A program made the translations under genes and the position numbers. A stretch of 64,000 nucleotides of DNA from Octopus vulgaris (lineage: Eukaryota). The stretch covers positions 21,142,001-21,206,000 of the forward strand of contig OX597820.1 in NCBI GenBank assembly GCA_951406725.2, read 5' to 3'. Every line of letters begins with the position of its first letter. The stretch's first letter is position 1. The notes beneath the pieces were generated by a model. That model saw only the letters and a list, made by a program, of their open reading frames with translations. It did not search any database and was not told the origin of the DNA. Positions 39,757 through 51,515 of this stretch are shown piece after piece.

Positions 39757-39986
39757 TTTAACTCTTTAGTATTCAGATTATTCTGTCAAATGTAATGCTC
39801 ATGTAATCAAATTGTTTTGAATTAATCATGCAAAGACACCGTAGCATTGAAATTTTGAGGATGTGATTGCTTATTCTTAGAATGACATTGTAGGATAAGT
39901 GTGCAAAGCCAGATCCTGCCAGTTTGAACATAGAACAAGTAGAATATTTGGGCCGGATATGGCCAGTTTAAATGCTAAAGGGTTAA
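39757..39986 (+). mobile_element. piggyBac-like MITE (copies at about 42735-42962 and 50164-50608)
   Basis: ttaa-ctctttagtatt … aatgctaaaggg-ttaa ends; three homologous copies in the window. Confidence 0.7.
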
Positions 39987-40266
39987 GCACAACACATGCA
40001 GAGTCACAAAGAAACATTACCTTTCACAAATGAAACAGGGTTGGCACTGCATGAACAACAGTGCTCTCTCTCTCTCTAGTGTGCAGCTTCCTATCTCGGA
40101 CATGTGAGCATGTGCACAACAGCCAAACACCGTGTTGCTGGAACTGTGAAGCACACAGTTCTATACAAGAAGTTTTGTATTTTTTTCATAAACTAGGAGA
40201 TGGCTACTGACATTAAGCTTAAGGATTATATAATGTACAAAGAAAGAATTAAAGAGAAAAGGACTC

Positions 40267-40305
<39 letters not shown>

Positions 40306-40390
40306 GTAATAATAGTGATAATAATAATATTTCGTCTTTGGATTTGGTTTGCAAGATTCTTTATATGAGTTCATGTGTTGAAGCATATTC

Positions 40391-40552
40391 TGTTGTGTCT
40401 GGGGAGAGTCATTCTCTTTTAGTGCCTTATTATTTAACACACTCACTGGTAAAATTTAAGAAAGTAAAAAATAAGAAATAAGTGGAAATTTTACCGGTGA
40501 GTGTGTTAAATAATAAGGCACTAAAAGAGAAAGACTCTCCCCAGACACAACA
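40391..40552. repeat. Long inverted repeat (about 67-bp arms, 28-nt spacer)
   Basis: tgttgtgtctggggagagtc…aacacactcactggtaaaattt / aaattttaccggtgagtgtgtt…gactctccccagacacaaca. Confidence 0.93.
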
Positions 40553-40584
40553 CAATAATAATAATAATTATAATAATAATGAAA

Positions 40585-40905
40585 TTATTGTATACAGTGC
40601 TCAGGTGCACCACAACTTGTTAAAAGTGCATATAAAGCATATGCAGTAATGTACAAATGTCTGGAAAGTGAACAGTGTATGAGTCAGATACATGCTTGCA
40701 TGTGTATGGAGGGGAGGAAATCAGGTGTAGTGTTGGTGAATCTCAGGAAGCATGGAAGTTTTAAAGGATGCAGTGCTCCGACAACTAACAACTGATGGTG
40801 GCAGTTTGTTCTATGCTTCAGCAACTCTTAGTGTGAAAAAATGTTTCCAAAAGTCATGGGAGCTGTGCTGTTTTCTGACTTTGTAAACATGTCCACGGGT
40901 ATTGA
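40585..40905 (-). mobile_element. CR1-type LINE 3' end
   Basis: The minus strand reads NTRGHVYKVRKQHSSHDFWKHFFTLRVAEA*NKLPPSVVSCRSTASFK. Confidence 0.85.
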
Positions 40906-41586
40906 ATGTTATCGATAACATTGAGTGAAAATAGGGGGTGCTGCAGTTCCGCAGTGCCTATACACGAGCTGCCACTGGGCCTAGGGCTAAACAGCAGCAA
41001 CAACAACTACATTTGTTCACATAATTGAAAGGTGGATCTGTTTTCCTTGGTCAATATTAAAAAGAAAAGAAATAATAAAGTCAAAACAATTTAGTCTCTT
41101 TATTGACAAGCACACATCGATTCAAGGCTAGTATATTCTCACAGTCAGATCTATGCTAACTAATTATAGTAATTCTATAATTAGTTCTTGAAGCTCTTCA
41201 AACTAATATAATTGAGGATATCCTGCTTCTTAGAGTTATATGAGACTCTTTGACAAAGACACCATTATGAATTATAAGTGGTTTGCAATGGATCATTTAT
41301 ACATGCTTTTGGGTATTCATTTCAATGTTCCTATTTCATTTGTATTTAATAAGTTTCATGTTTTCTGTTTCAAAATTCAAGTTTCAAATGACTTATAATA
41401 ATTTGTCCACTATTTTCTTGATAACAAAAAATCAGCAACAACAAAAATCTGATTATCATCAACTCAAATAATAAAACTCTTATATCAGAAAAAAAACCTT
41501 GAAATGTATGTTTATCAAATTTTAAAGGTCAGTAGAAGAAAAGTCAAAAAGATTTACATTCTCTGAGATCATATGAAAATTTGAAT

Positions 41587-42012
41587 AGGTGCAGGAGTGA
41601 CTGTGTGGTAAGTAGCTTGCTTACCAGCCACATGGTTCCGGGTTCAGTCCCACTGCGTGGCACCTTGGGCAAGTGTCTTCTACTACAGCCTCGGGCCGAC
41701 CAAGGTCTTGTGAGTGGATTTGGTAGACAGAAACTGAAAGAAGCCTGTCATATATATGTATATATATATATATGTATTTGTGTGTGTGTGTGTGTGTATG
41801 TTTGTCTGTCTGTGTTTGTCCCCCCAACATCACTTGACAACCGATGAAGGTGTGTTTACATCCCTGTAACTTAGCAGTTTGGCAAAAGAGATCAATAGAA
41901 TAAGTACTAGGCTTCCAAAGAATAAGTCCTGCGGTCGATTTGCTTGACTAAAAGGTGGTGCTCCAGCATGGCTGCAGTCAAATGACTGAAACAAGTAAAA
42001 GAGTAAAGAGTA
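41587..42012 (+). mobile_element. SINE family A
   Basis: Full-length copy. Confidence 0.88.
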
Positions 42013-42279
42013 TGGTACTGCAAGTTAATAACACATTTGTTGACTGTGCAATGTTTCCACTTCTTAACCCTTTTGATACTAATCTGTCCAAGAGCACTTC
42101 TACTTGATTCTATGACACATACTTCTTTTTTTAAAGTGATCTAAATTAAAACCTTTCATTAAAATCGAATGTTAATTTGTTTCAAATACAGCGCAATAGT
42201 AAGTGGGAAGGTTTATCAATTAATTATATTCCAATTAATCAAAAATTAGTCGCATTTAAATTATACTATGGACAATGCT

Positions 42280-42582
42280 GCTGTTTGTTCATTCTTGAAC
42301 CATGCCTGGCTCATGAGGGCTCGTTTCCTCGTTTCCTTGGCAGATAGGTTCCCCACCTGGACGGGACGATGGTCCATCACAGGTGAGCTGCAAGATGCAG
42401 GAAGAAAGAGTGAGAGAAAGTTGTGGCAAAAGAGTCAGCAGAATTTCACCATTACCTTCTGCCAGAGCCACGTGGAGCTTAGGTATTTTGCTCATAAACA
42501 CACACATCGCCCAGTCTGAGATTCGAACCCACAATTCCTTGACCGTGAGTCTGCTGCTCTAACCACTAGGCCATGTGCCACC
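42280..42582 (-). mobile_element. SINE family C variant (alternative 3' tail; also 57797-58075 + and 60064-60368 -)
   Basis: Family C head and body joined to a ggaaaccg…catgagcc.ggc tail. Confidence 0.75.
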
Positions 42583-43119
42583 ATGAATTAAATATACATT
42601 CTCCTTATCTAGTTTATTGACAGCTTAATTTAACCAGTCGGAGTTGTCAGTGTTTCTCATAGGGTGGCTGTGCTGCTGTTAGAACTGAAAAAACTGTCAG
42701 GCTAATTGTCATAGTTAATTAAATCAAGATGGTCTTAACTCTTTAGCATTCAGATTACTCCGGCAAATGTAATACTTATTTATTCACATTGTCTTGAATT
42801 AATCATGCATTGTCTTGTAGCTTTGAGATTTCGATGATATGAATGGTTACTTTTAGAATAGCATTCTAGGGTAGATGTGAGAGGCAAGGTCTGGCTGGTT
42901 TGAGCATAAGACAAGTAGAATAGTTAGGCCAGATATGGTCAGTTTAAATGCTACAAGATTAAACTTCTCAAACTTGTTCAAGACCATGGTGAAGAAAGAA
43001 AAATCTTTATGGATGCAAACTCTATTATTTCATTTCCTTATTAATTGGAGGGGGCCACAAAGAAAGAACCAAAAATTTCAGTAATTTTTTGTTGTTGGAG
43101 GATGGCTCACTCTGTTTTA

Positions 43120-43685
43120 TTGGGTTGTCTGGAAAGTTCATGCCGATTTATAGTAGGTTACCTTTCGATTTATTTTAGAACATGGTTGAGTCCATAAAAT
43201 AGGATTTGACTACACCTCCATTTAGAGCACAGTTTAAGCTATCTTTTCATGGAAGAAGGTTTATGTTCCTATAACCTTTGGTAATTCTGTAACCCTTTAA
43301 AATGGAAGATAAGAAAGTTCATTTTCGGCACTTGATGCTTTGGGAACCAGACAAAAATTGCTGCAGCTCGGCTGGGATGTGTTACCCCACCCTCCATATC
43401 CACCAGATATTGCTCCTTCGGATTTCCACTTATTCAGGTCTCTGCAGAATAGTCTTAATGGTAAAAATTTCAATTCTTTGGATGACGTAAAAAGATACCT
43501 TGATGAATTCTTTGGCATGAAACCACCTCAATTCTGGGAAGAGGGTATTTTCAAGTTAAAGGAAAGATGGAGATGCATTGTGCAACAAAATGGTTCATAT
43601 TTGGTTGATTAAAAATGTAATGGCAAATATTTATTGACCTTTTTCTTTCCTTTAAAAATCGGCACGAACTTTCCGGACAACCCAA
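43120..43685 (+). mobile_element. Internally deleted mariner with both TIRs
   Basis: TA|ttgggttgtctggaaagttcatgccgattt … aaatcggcacgaactttccggacaacccaa|TA. N-terminus MEDKKVHFRHLML is fused to C-terminus …LGWDVLPHPPYPPDIAPSDFHLFRSLQN…ERWRCIVQQNGSYLVD. Confidence 0.95.
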
Positions 43686-45125
43686 TAGTTTGGGTATCTA
43701 TTAGTAATAATATATTAGTTATGCTGTATTGGTAATGATGTGTTAGTGATGATAATATAACATAGAGCTGGTGGCAGTCTACAGACTATCAACCCTTTGG
43801 TGGATTCAACTCAGCCAAGTGAAGGTTAATGGTTTTAGAACTATAATTTATCCTCATAATGTCTTCAAGAGTAAGGAAATAAATACCTGTATGCTACTTG
43901 AATCAGTTCAACATACTAGTGTACATAATAGTTTAAAATTTTTGTTTTATTTCTTTCCCTCTCTTTCTTTTTGTTTTATTTTGTTTGCTTTTTAAAAAAA
44001 AAAGATAAAAGCTGTGTCCATTCTCACTTGGAGAAAATGAATTTTGATTTCAAGAAGCAAAATTATGGTTGATTTTGAAGTTATTAATCTGTGTTGTTTG
44101 TTGACAATACAATAAGAAAGAGAAAGGTGGAAAATGAAAAGAGAGAAGATTGTGTGGGTAGGAGGGGAAATAATGTATAAACGCAAGGGAGTTTGGTAAA
44201 GTGCAAAGCTAATGAACAGATAAAGAATGAAAGAATGACAAGCATAGTAAATGAAAATGAAGAACAGAGAGAGAGAGAGAGGGGGGGAGTAGACAGACAG
44301 ACAGACAGAGACAGAGATGGAGATAGAGAGAGAGAGAGAGGGGAGTAGACAGACAGACAGAGACAGAGAGAAGGGGAACAAGAAGGAATAAGCAAGTAAG
44401 GAAACAAGAAAGTGAAATATTTTCCTCCCTTCAAATTTAGCTTTCAGTATTTGCCACATTTAATCAGATAATCAGTTTTATTTGCTATTCAAGAACACTT
44501 ACTTTGCTTTCTGGGAAAAATCTTTTACAGGCAGAATTGTCTATTGCCATTAGTTAAGAAATATAATCCTTTTGTGTTGTGTTATGTCAAAGATAAGACA
44601 TCTTTCCACTAAATAAAAATGGCGCACTTTGGATTTTTGTATAGGCAAAACATATTTATTAAATAGAAAAGAAAATATTTGTTAAGCTGTAGTTGGGAAA
44701 AAAAAAATGGTCTGGATAAAGATTTACACTACTAATTCAAAGATAGGGATTCTAAATCTAATGTAAGCATTTTGAAGTCTCCCTCAACAATAGACTTTAA
44801 TAAAATATAGTTTACCCAGCTATTTATTGAAAACTGCTGTACTAAGCTCTTTTCTGGAAAAGTTATCCATGTAAAACAAATGGCACGTCCAATTGTAGAA
44901 TCGTCTTCTTTCATCAGTTTAACACTTTTCTTACCATGTTTCTGCTAACACTTTGGCATTGAAATTACTCTGCAATTTTGATTATTGCACTCATATCATC
45001 AAAATTTCAAAGCTATGAGATAATGCATGATATATATATATATATAATATATTTATTATATATATATATATATATATAATAAATCTCTGAACGAGGTATA
45101 AACAGTAACTGCATGACAATGTGAA

Positions 45126-45269
45126 GTATATTTGTCATCTAAATATGGCTAACCACTAAGAGTGGATGTTACTGTAGCTTGTAGCCCCAGGAGAAGATGT
45201 TCTCCTGGGGCTACAAGCTACAGTAACATCCACCCTTAGTGGTTAGCTATATTTAGATGGCAAATATAC
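45126..45269. repeat. Near-perfect hairpin (70-bp arms, 4-nt loop)
   Basis: gtatatttgtcatctaaatatggctaaccactaagagtggatgttactgtagcttgtagccccaggagaa-gatg-ttctcctggggctacaagctacagtaacatccacccttagtggttagctatatttagatggcaaatatac. Confidence 0.95.
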
Positions 45270-45308
45270 ACACACACACACACATATATATATGCATATA
45301 TATATATA

Positions 45309-45393
<85 letters not shown>

Positions 45394-45692
45394 ATATGTA
45401 TATACATACACACATGTGTTTAAATGTACACTGTATATATAATGAAAAATATATAGTCTATTGACTAGTTTTTCTTTCCCCTTAGGCTACGGTGGTAAAA
45501 GATTTCTAAATAATATTTTACTACCCTGACATTTATCAATGATAATTTTTTGGCTAATTTTGAAAGAAAATTGGCATTATTTCTATTTGCTGCTGATAAA
45601 AAACTGCGCTTGTGCGGTGGATTTGAAACATTATAAAATGTATGCACGAGGCGTGTTCTGTATTGCCTCGGGCTTAAATGTTAATCTTTGGC

Positions 45693-45767
45693 TTTCCTGC
45701 TGATGAGAGCTTTACCTAGCAAATTATTTTATTTGCTGAAGATAGCTTGAAATCATGGTCCAAGAAA
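45693..45767 (+). ncRNA. Minimal type I hammerhead ribozyme motif in a Penelope-like fragment
   Basis: tttcctg CTGATGA gagct…[tagcaaat/atttgctg]…agctt GAAA tcatgg TC caagaaa: stem I, core boxes, extended stem II, near-palindromic stem III and a GUC triplet. Confidence 0.75.
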
Positions 45768-45881
45768 TAAATGGTAAATGTTTTTATTTTTTATTCCCTT
45801 TTGAAATTACCTCTAATTGTGGTTTGGATTTTAACTACTCATTCTAGTGGATTAGATGTCCGATTATGGCATATATATATA

Positions 45882-46295
45882 TACTCTTTTACTACTCTCT
45901 CTTTTACTTTTTCCAGTCAATTGACTGCAGCCATGCTGGAGCACCGCCTTTAGTTGAGGAAATCAACCACAGGACTAATTCTTTGTAAGCCTAGCACTTA
46001 TTCTATCGGTCTCTTTTGTCGAACCACTAAGTTACGAGGATGTAAACACACCAGCATCGGTTGTCAAGTGATGTTGGGGGTGACAAACACAGACACAAAC
46101 ACACACATACATATATATGTATATATACATATACATATATACGACGGGTTTCTTTCAGTTTCCATCTACCAAATCGACTCACAAGGCTTTGGTTAGCCTG
46201 AGGCTATAGTAGAAGACACTTACCCGAGTTACCACGCAGTGGGACTGAACGCAGAATCATGTGGCTGGTAACCAAGCTACTTACCACACAGCCAC
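45882..46295 (-). mobile_element. SINE family A
   Basis: Full-length reverse-complement copy. Confidence 0.85.
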
Positions 46296-46807
46296 TAGAC
46301 AATATAGTTCTGGAAACACCATACAGGAAAAAGAAAACTAATCTAATTAAGATTGAAATATTTTTTATCTCAAATCTGTTCAGTCCGGTCTGACCTGGAA
46401 TGATGACAACAACAGCAACAAGCTTGCTATCTGCAAATACTGTGCTGTGATACACAAAAACCACAATGTATGCAAAAGAACAGCAACGGTTTTACTCCAA
46501 CCTATCTAGCTTAATAATCTAGCTTAATAATTTATCCTGTATAATCTGGAATTGAACATAATCCAGTTGACCAGATTAAAATATGTATCAGCAGTAATAA
46601 TACCATGCGCGAAAGAAATATTACCAAAAACGTGTGTGGCATATAAATGCTGGTGTAGGTATAGATTAGTGGTTAAGAAGCTTGATTCCCAACCCTAACC
46701 CTAATGGTCCTGGGTTCATTCCCCACTGTGTGGTACCTTGGGTAAGTGTCTTTTACTACAGCCTGGGTTCAACAATGCCATGTGAATTTGGAAGATAGTA
46801 ACCAAGT

Positions 46808-47215
46808 GGTGCAGGAGTGGCTGTGTGGTAAGCAGCTTGCTTATCAACCATATGGTTCCGGGTTCAGTCCCACAGTGTGGCACCTTAGGCAAGTGTCTTC
46901 TACTATAGCCTCGGATTGACCAAAGCCTTGTGAGTAGATTTGGTAGACGTAAACAGAAAGAAGGCCGTCGTATATATGTATATATGTGTATGTGTATATA
47001 TGTTTGTGTGTTTGTGGTTGTCCCCCCCCCAACATTGCTTGACAACCGATGCTGGTGTGTATACATCCCCGTATCTTAGCAGTTCGGCAAAAGAGACCGA
47101 TTGAGTAAGTACTAATCTTACAAAGAATAAGTCCTGGGGTTGATTAGCTCGACTAAAGGTGGTACTCCAGCATGGCTGCAGTCAAATGACTGAAACAAGT
47201 AAAAGAGTAAATGAG
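46808..47215 (+). mobile_element. SINE family A, nested in an older family A copy (about 46655-47385)
   Basis: A decayed head precedes and a decayed tail follows a complete copy. Confidence 0.75.
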
Positions 47216-48584
47216 TAAGTGGGTGCCTATTGTACATATGTGTGAGTTTGCCATAACTTAGCAGTTGGCAAAAGAGACCAATATAATTAAGTTCTAGACT
47301 TAGAAATAAGTATTGGGGATCGATTCCTTTGACTAAACCCTTAGCATGGTTGCAATCCAATGACTAAAACAAACAAAAGATAAAAATTAGCTTCTAGTTC
47401 TGCTGAAGGTAAAGTGTATCTTACATTTTGCGTTTTGGTCAATGATTCTTTGATGGGAAAAAAGAGAGAGAGAGAGAGAGATACACACACACACACAGGC
47501 ATACGCACACACATACACACACACAGGCATGCACACTCAGACACACACAGAAAGAAAGAGAGAGTAAAGTAATTTTTTAAAGGATTGTAAAACCTCTGCC
47601 ATGTTACCTATTATTGATATGATGTTTTCAACGCATAACGCAACCATTTATTGTAATTCATATCATGCAAAGGTACGCATTATTCCACCAAGGATAATAA
47701 AAAAGGATTGCCAATGATATTTGATTTCCATATCATTCAATCAACAATATTAAAAATAGTATTAGTGTACATTCAAAAGATATCAATGTTTTAATTGTCC
47801 AAGACTCACACGATCGATAGTGACAGAATCACCATTGAATAAATTCGGTCAGAGATATCTAGCATTTGCTATATATATATATCATGTTCTATTGATAGAA
47901 AATGAGTTTTAAAAGGAATATCAGTCCTATACTATTTTTACTCTTTTACTTGTTTCAATTATTTGACTGTGGCCATGCTGGAGCAAATCGACCCCAGAAC
48001 TTTGTAAGCGTAGTACTTATTCTATTGATCTCTTTTGCCGAACCGCTAAGAGAGAGACTGATAGAATAAGTACTAGGCTTACAAAGAATAAGTCCTGGGG
48101 TCAATTTGCTCGACTAAAGGCGGTGCTCCAGCATAGCCGCAGTCAAATGACTGAAATAAATAAAAGAAAAGAAAAAGAATATCAATTTTTTTGGCCAAAA
48201 TTCTACCATATCGCTTTTCCATCATTTCCTCACTCACAGGGCTATAGCAAAATTCTTTACATTCCACTCACCATCATTTCCATCATATGAACTTTACCTA
48301 CCTTGAACTTTGTATCAACAAACTGCCTTTCAACTTCATCTCTGCCAGCTGTGAATCTCTAAGATTTATAACAGGAAGGCAGTATGGAAGATTTTTTACA
48401 TATCTTGAGAGATGACCTTTGGAAGAAGTCAATGGTGAATAGCATTCCAGTAAATTCTCCAAGAATTCCAGAAACAGATAAAATTTATTTTAAGCAACCT
48501 GAGTACATGGAAAAGTGTCTTAACAAACGTGGCAAAATTTATAAAAAAAATTTATTTCATCTAAATGGTTAAAGATGTTGTTTA

Positions 48585-48782
48585 CAAGCGTGGCTGTTTG
48601 GTAAGAAGTTTGCTTTCCAGCCATGTGCTTCTGGGTTCAGTCCCACTGTTTGGCACCTTGGGCAAATGTCTTCTTGTACAGCCTCAGGCTGATTAAAACC
48701 TTGTGAGTTGATTTGGTAGGCAGAAACTGAAAGAAGCCCATCATATATATATATATGAATTTTGCTTGCCTTGTGTGTATGT

Positions 48783-48829
<47 letters not shown>

Positions 48830-49087
48830 TGTGTGTGTGTGAGTGTGTGTGTGAGTGTGTATGTGTGTGTGTGTGTCTTTGTGTCTGTGTTTGGTGACCC
48901 ACCACCACTTAACAACCAGTGTTGGTGTAACTTAGTTATTTGACAAAAGTGATTGATAGAATAAATATTGGGCTTAAAAAGAAGACAAGTACTGGGTCGA
49001 TCCATTCAACAAACAACCCTTCAAGGCAATGCTCCAGCTTGGCCACAGTCTAATGACTGAAACAAGTGAAAAAATAAAGATAAAAGA
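48585..49087 (+). mobile_element. SINE family A with expanded internal (GT)n
   Basis: Head, microsatellite and tail present. Confidence 0.8.
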
Positions 49088-49155
49088 CATATTCCAATAA
49101 TGAAAAGACATAATCTAATTTAGTAATAAATTTAATTTATTAAATACAATTAACC

Positions 49156-49287
49156 AAAATATAATTTACTTAAATATAATTTACAAAAATATAATTTACA
49201 AAAATATAATTTACAAAAATATAATTTACAAAATGTAATTTATTCAAATATAATCTACAAAAATATAATTTACAAAATATAATTTAC
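49156..49287. repeat. 15-bp minisatellite (aaaatataatttaca)n
   Basis: Read directly; about 7-8 imperfect units. Confidence 0.9.
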
Positions 49288-49758
49288 TCTTTTACTTGTT
49301 TCAGTCATTTGACTGTGGCCATGCTGGAGCACCGCCTTTTAGTTGTGCAAATCGACTCCAGGACTTATTCTTTGTAAGCCTAGTACTTATTCTATTGGTC
49401 TCTTTCGCCGAACAGCATCAGTTGTCAAGTGAATGTGGGAGGACAAACATAGACACACGCATACATATATATATATATATACACATATATATGATGGGCT
49501 TCTTTCAGCTTCAGTAAACCAAATCCACTCACAGGCTTTGGTTGGCCCGAGGCTATGGTAGGAGACACTTGCCCAATGTGCCATGCAGTGGGACTGAACC
49601 TGGAGCCACGTGGTTGGTAAGCAAGCTACTTACCACACAGCCACTCCTATGCTTTACAAAACTATAATTTTATGTACCACCATTATAATTAGCCATGGGT
49701 CAACTCTTTTGAAACCAGCTTGCCCAACACTCCCTTTGGTTCTGTACTATAAATTTCC

Positions 49759-50081
49759 CATGGGCATATGGCATAGTGGTTAAGAGCGAGTGCTACTAAC
49801 CCCAAGATTCTGAGTTTTATTCCAGTCAGTGACCTAAATAATAATAATAATGATAATAATGATAATAATAATAATAATAATAATAATGATGATGATAATA
49901 ATAACATCGAAAAATACCTTAGGAATGAGAAATCAGGTTCGAAATTTCCCTTTAGACACCTGATGAAGGCTGGAGGGTGTATCAGCTGAAAGGTATTAAC
50001 AACAAACAAGATGACGACAAATATCCGTCAAATGTAAATAATGTAAATAATGTACATAATTCTTCATCTCTCAAATATAGA
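49759..50081 (+). mobile_element. tRNA-headed SINE with internal (AAT)n and a hammerhead-like 3' domain; 13-bp TSD
   Basis: TSD actataaatttcc at 49746-49758 and 50082-50094; A box tggcatagtgg; B-box-like gagttttattcc; gacac CTGATGA a-ggctg…cagct GAAA at 49955-49991. Confidence 0.75.
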
Positions 50082-50899
50082 ACTATAAATTTCCTGTTTT
50101 AAAATTATTTAAATTAGTACTTCACATCAAAATTTCCTGTTAATTTATATTCCAAACACCAGCTTAACCCTTTAGTATTTAAACAAGCTATACCCAACTC
50201 AACTATTCTATGAAGGGGTACTAAAATTTCCTGGCTTTGGGTAAAAGAAAATGCAGGAGGATCAGTTAATCATGATTTTATTCAACATATTGTACTCACA
50301 GATTCACACCCTTATTGCAGTGGTCCTTCAGTTTTTCTAACCCCTGTAAAAGAACTTGGAATGTTGGACCTCCAGCCAGGTTTTTTGCAATAGCCTTAAA
50401 GCTAGGGAACTTTTCAGAAACCCCGTCATATTTGTTTTATGTTCAAACTGACCTGATCAGGCCTCTCACACCTACCCTACAATGTCATTCTAAAAATAAA
50501 CAATCACATCCCAGTAATCTTGAAGCTTTGACATCAATGCATGACTGATTCAAAATGTGAATGAATAAGAATTGCATTTGACAGATTAATCCAAATGCTA
50601 AAGGGTTAATAACAACAAAGTTATTATGATAAATTCTTCATTATTTTTAACGCAGTGTATTTCAACAGAAAATAAGACAATGAGAGGATTAAACAATTTC
50701 AACAGAATGGTTTAGAAAATAACTCCAAATTCTCACATATAATTTGTTTCATCACAATACTTAAATGTATTAGTTTATTTTATGGCTTGAAGATATTTAT
50801 TATAATCTGTAAAGATTGACAGGCATCTTTATTACAAAACTTGATAGTATCACTTTCACAAAAATTCTTGCTGACTTGGAGAATTTATCGGTTTAAGTT

Positions 50900-51149
50900 A
50901 CCTCGTTTAGGCTAAGAGAGAGAAGGGGAGAGAGCGAAAGAGGGGGCGAAGAGAGAGAAAGAGAGAGAGAGAGAGAGCTGTAAAAGTTAACAGAAACTGA
51001 CAGTTTGTTTCTAAAGCCTGTTTTATTCTGTGCGAGAGAGCTGTCATGGCAACCAGAGATTACTACCAAGTCTTCTAACACAAGCAAACATGGCAGAACC
51101 ATAAATCTTGCCGGGCATGAATAGTTATTTCAATAAAACTGGCATCACA

Positions 51150-51205
<56 letters not shown>

Positions 51206-51249
51206 TGATGATGGTGATGATAGCAGAAATATTATTGATAACAACAAAT

Positions 51250-51302
<53 letters not shown>

Positions 51303-51344
51303 TTACTGCTGCTGCTTCTGCTGCTGCTTCTGCTGCTGCTTCTG

Positions 51345-51404
<60 letters not shown>

Positions 51405-51483
51405 TTATTATTACTACTACTAATAACAACAACAACAACAGCAGCAGCAGCAGCAACAACAACAACAACAACAGCAGCAGCAG

Positions 51484-51515
<32 letters not shown>

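Larger units (their letters stand above)
39422..40977. mobile_element. hAT-like non-autonomous element with nested insertions
   Basis: 8-bp TSD ggcctagg at 39414-39421 and 40978-40985; decayed TIR tggtggtggcacgt / acgagctgccactg; subterminal agggtgctgc at both ends. Confidence 0.6.

Noticed and set aside
46691-46705. Interstitial telomeric repeat (aaccct)n
   Set aside because: Only about two units inside a decayed SINE head; compatible with local slippage.
48375-48572. 62-aa ORF MEDFLHILRDDLW… as a host exon
   Set aside because: Weak splice signals and no recognisable domain; may be a very decayed transposase end.
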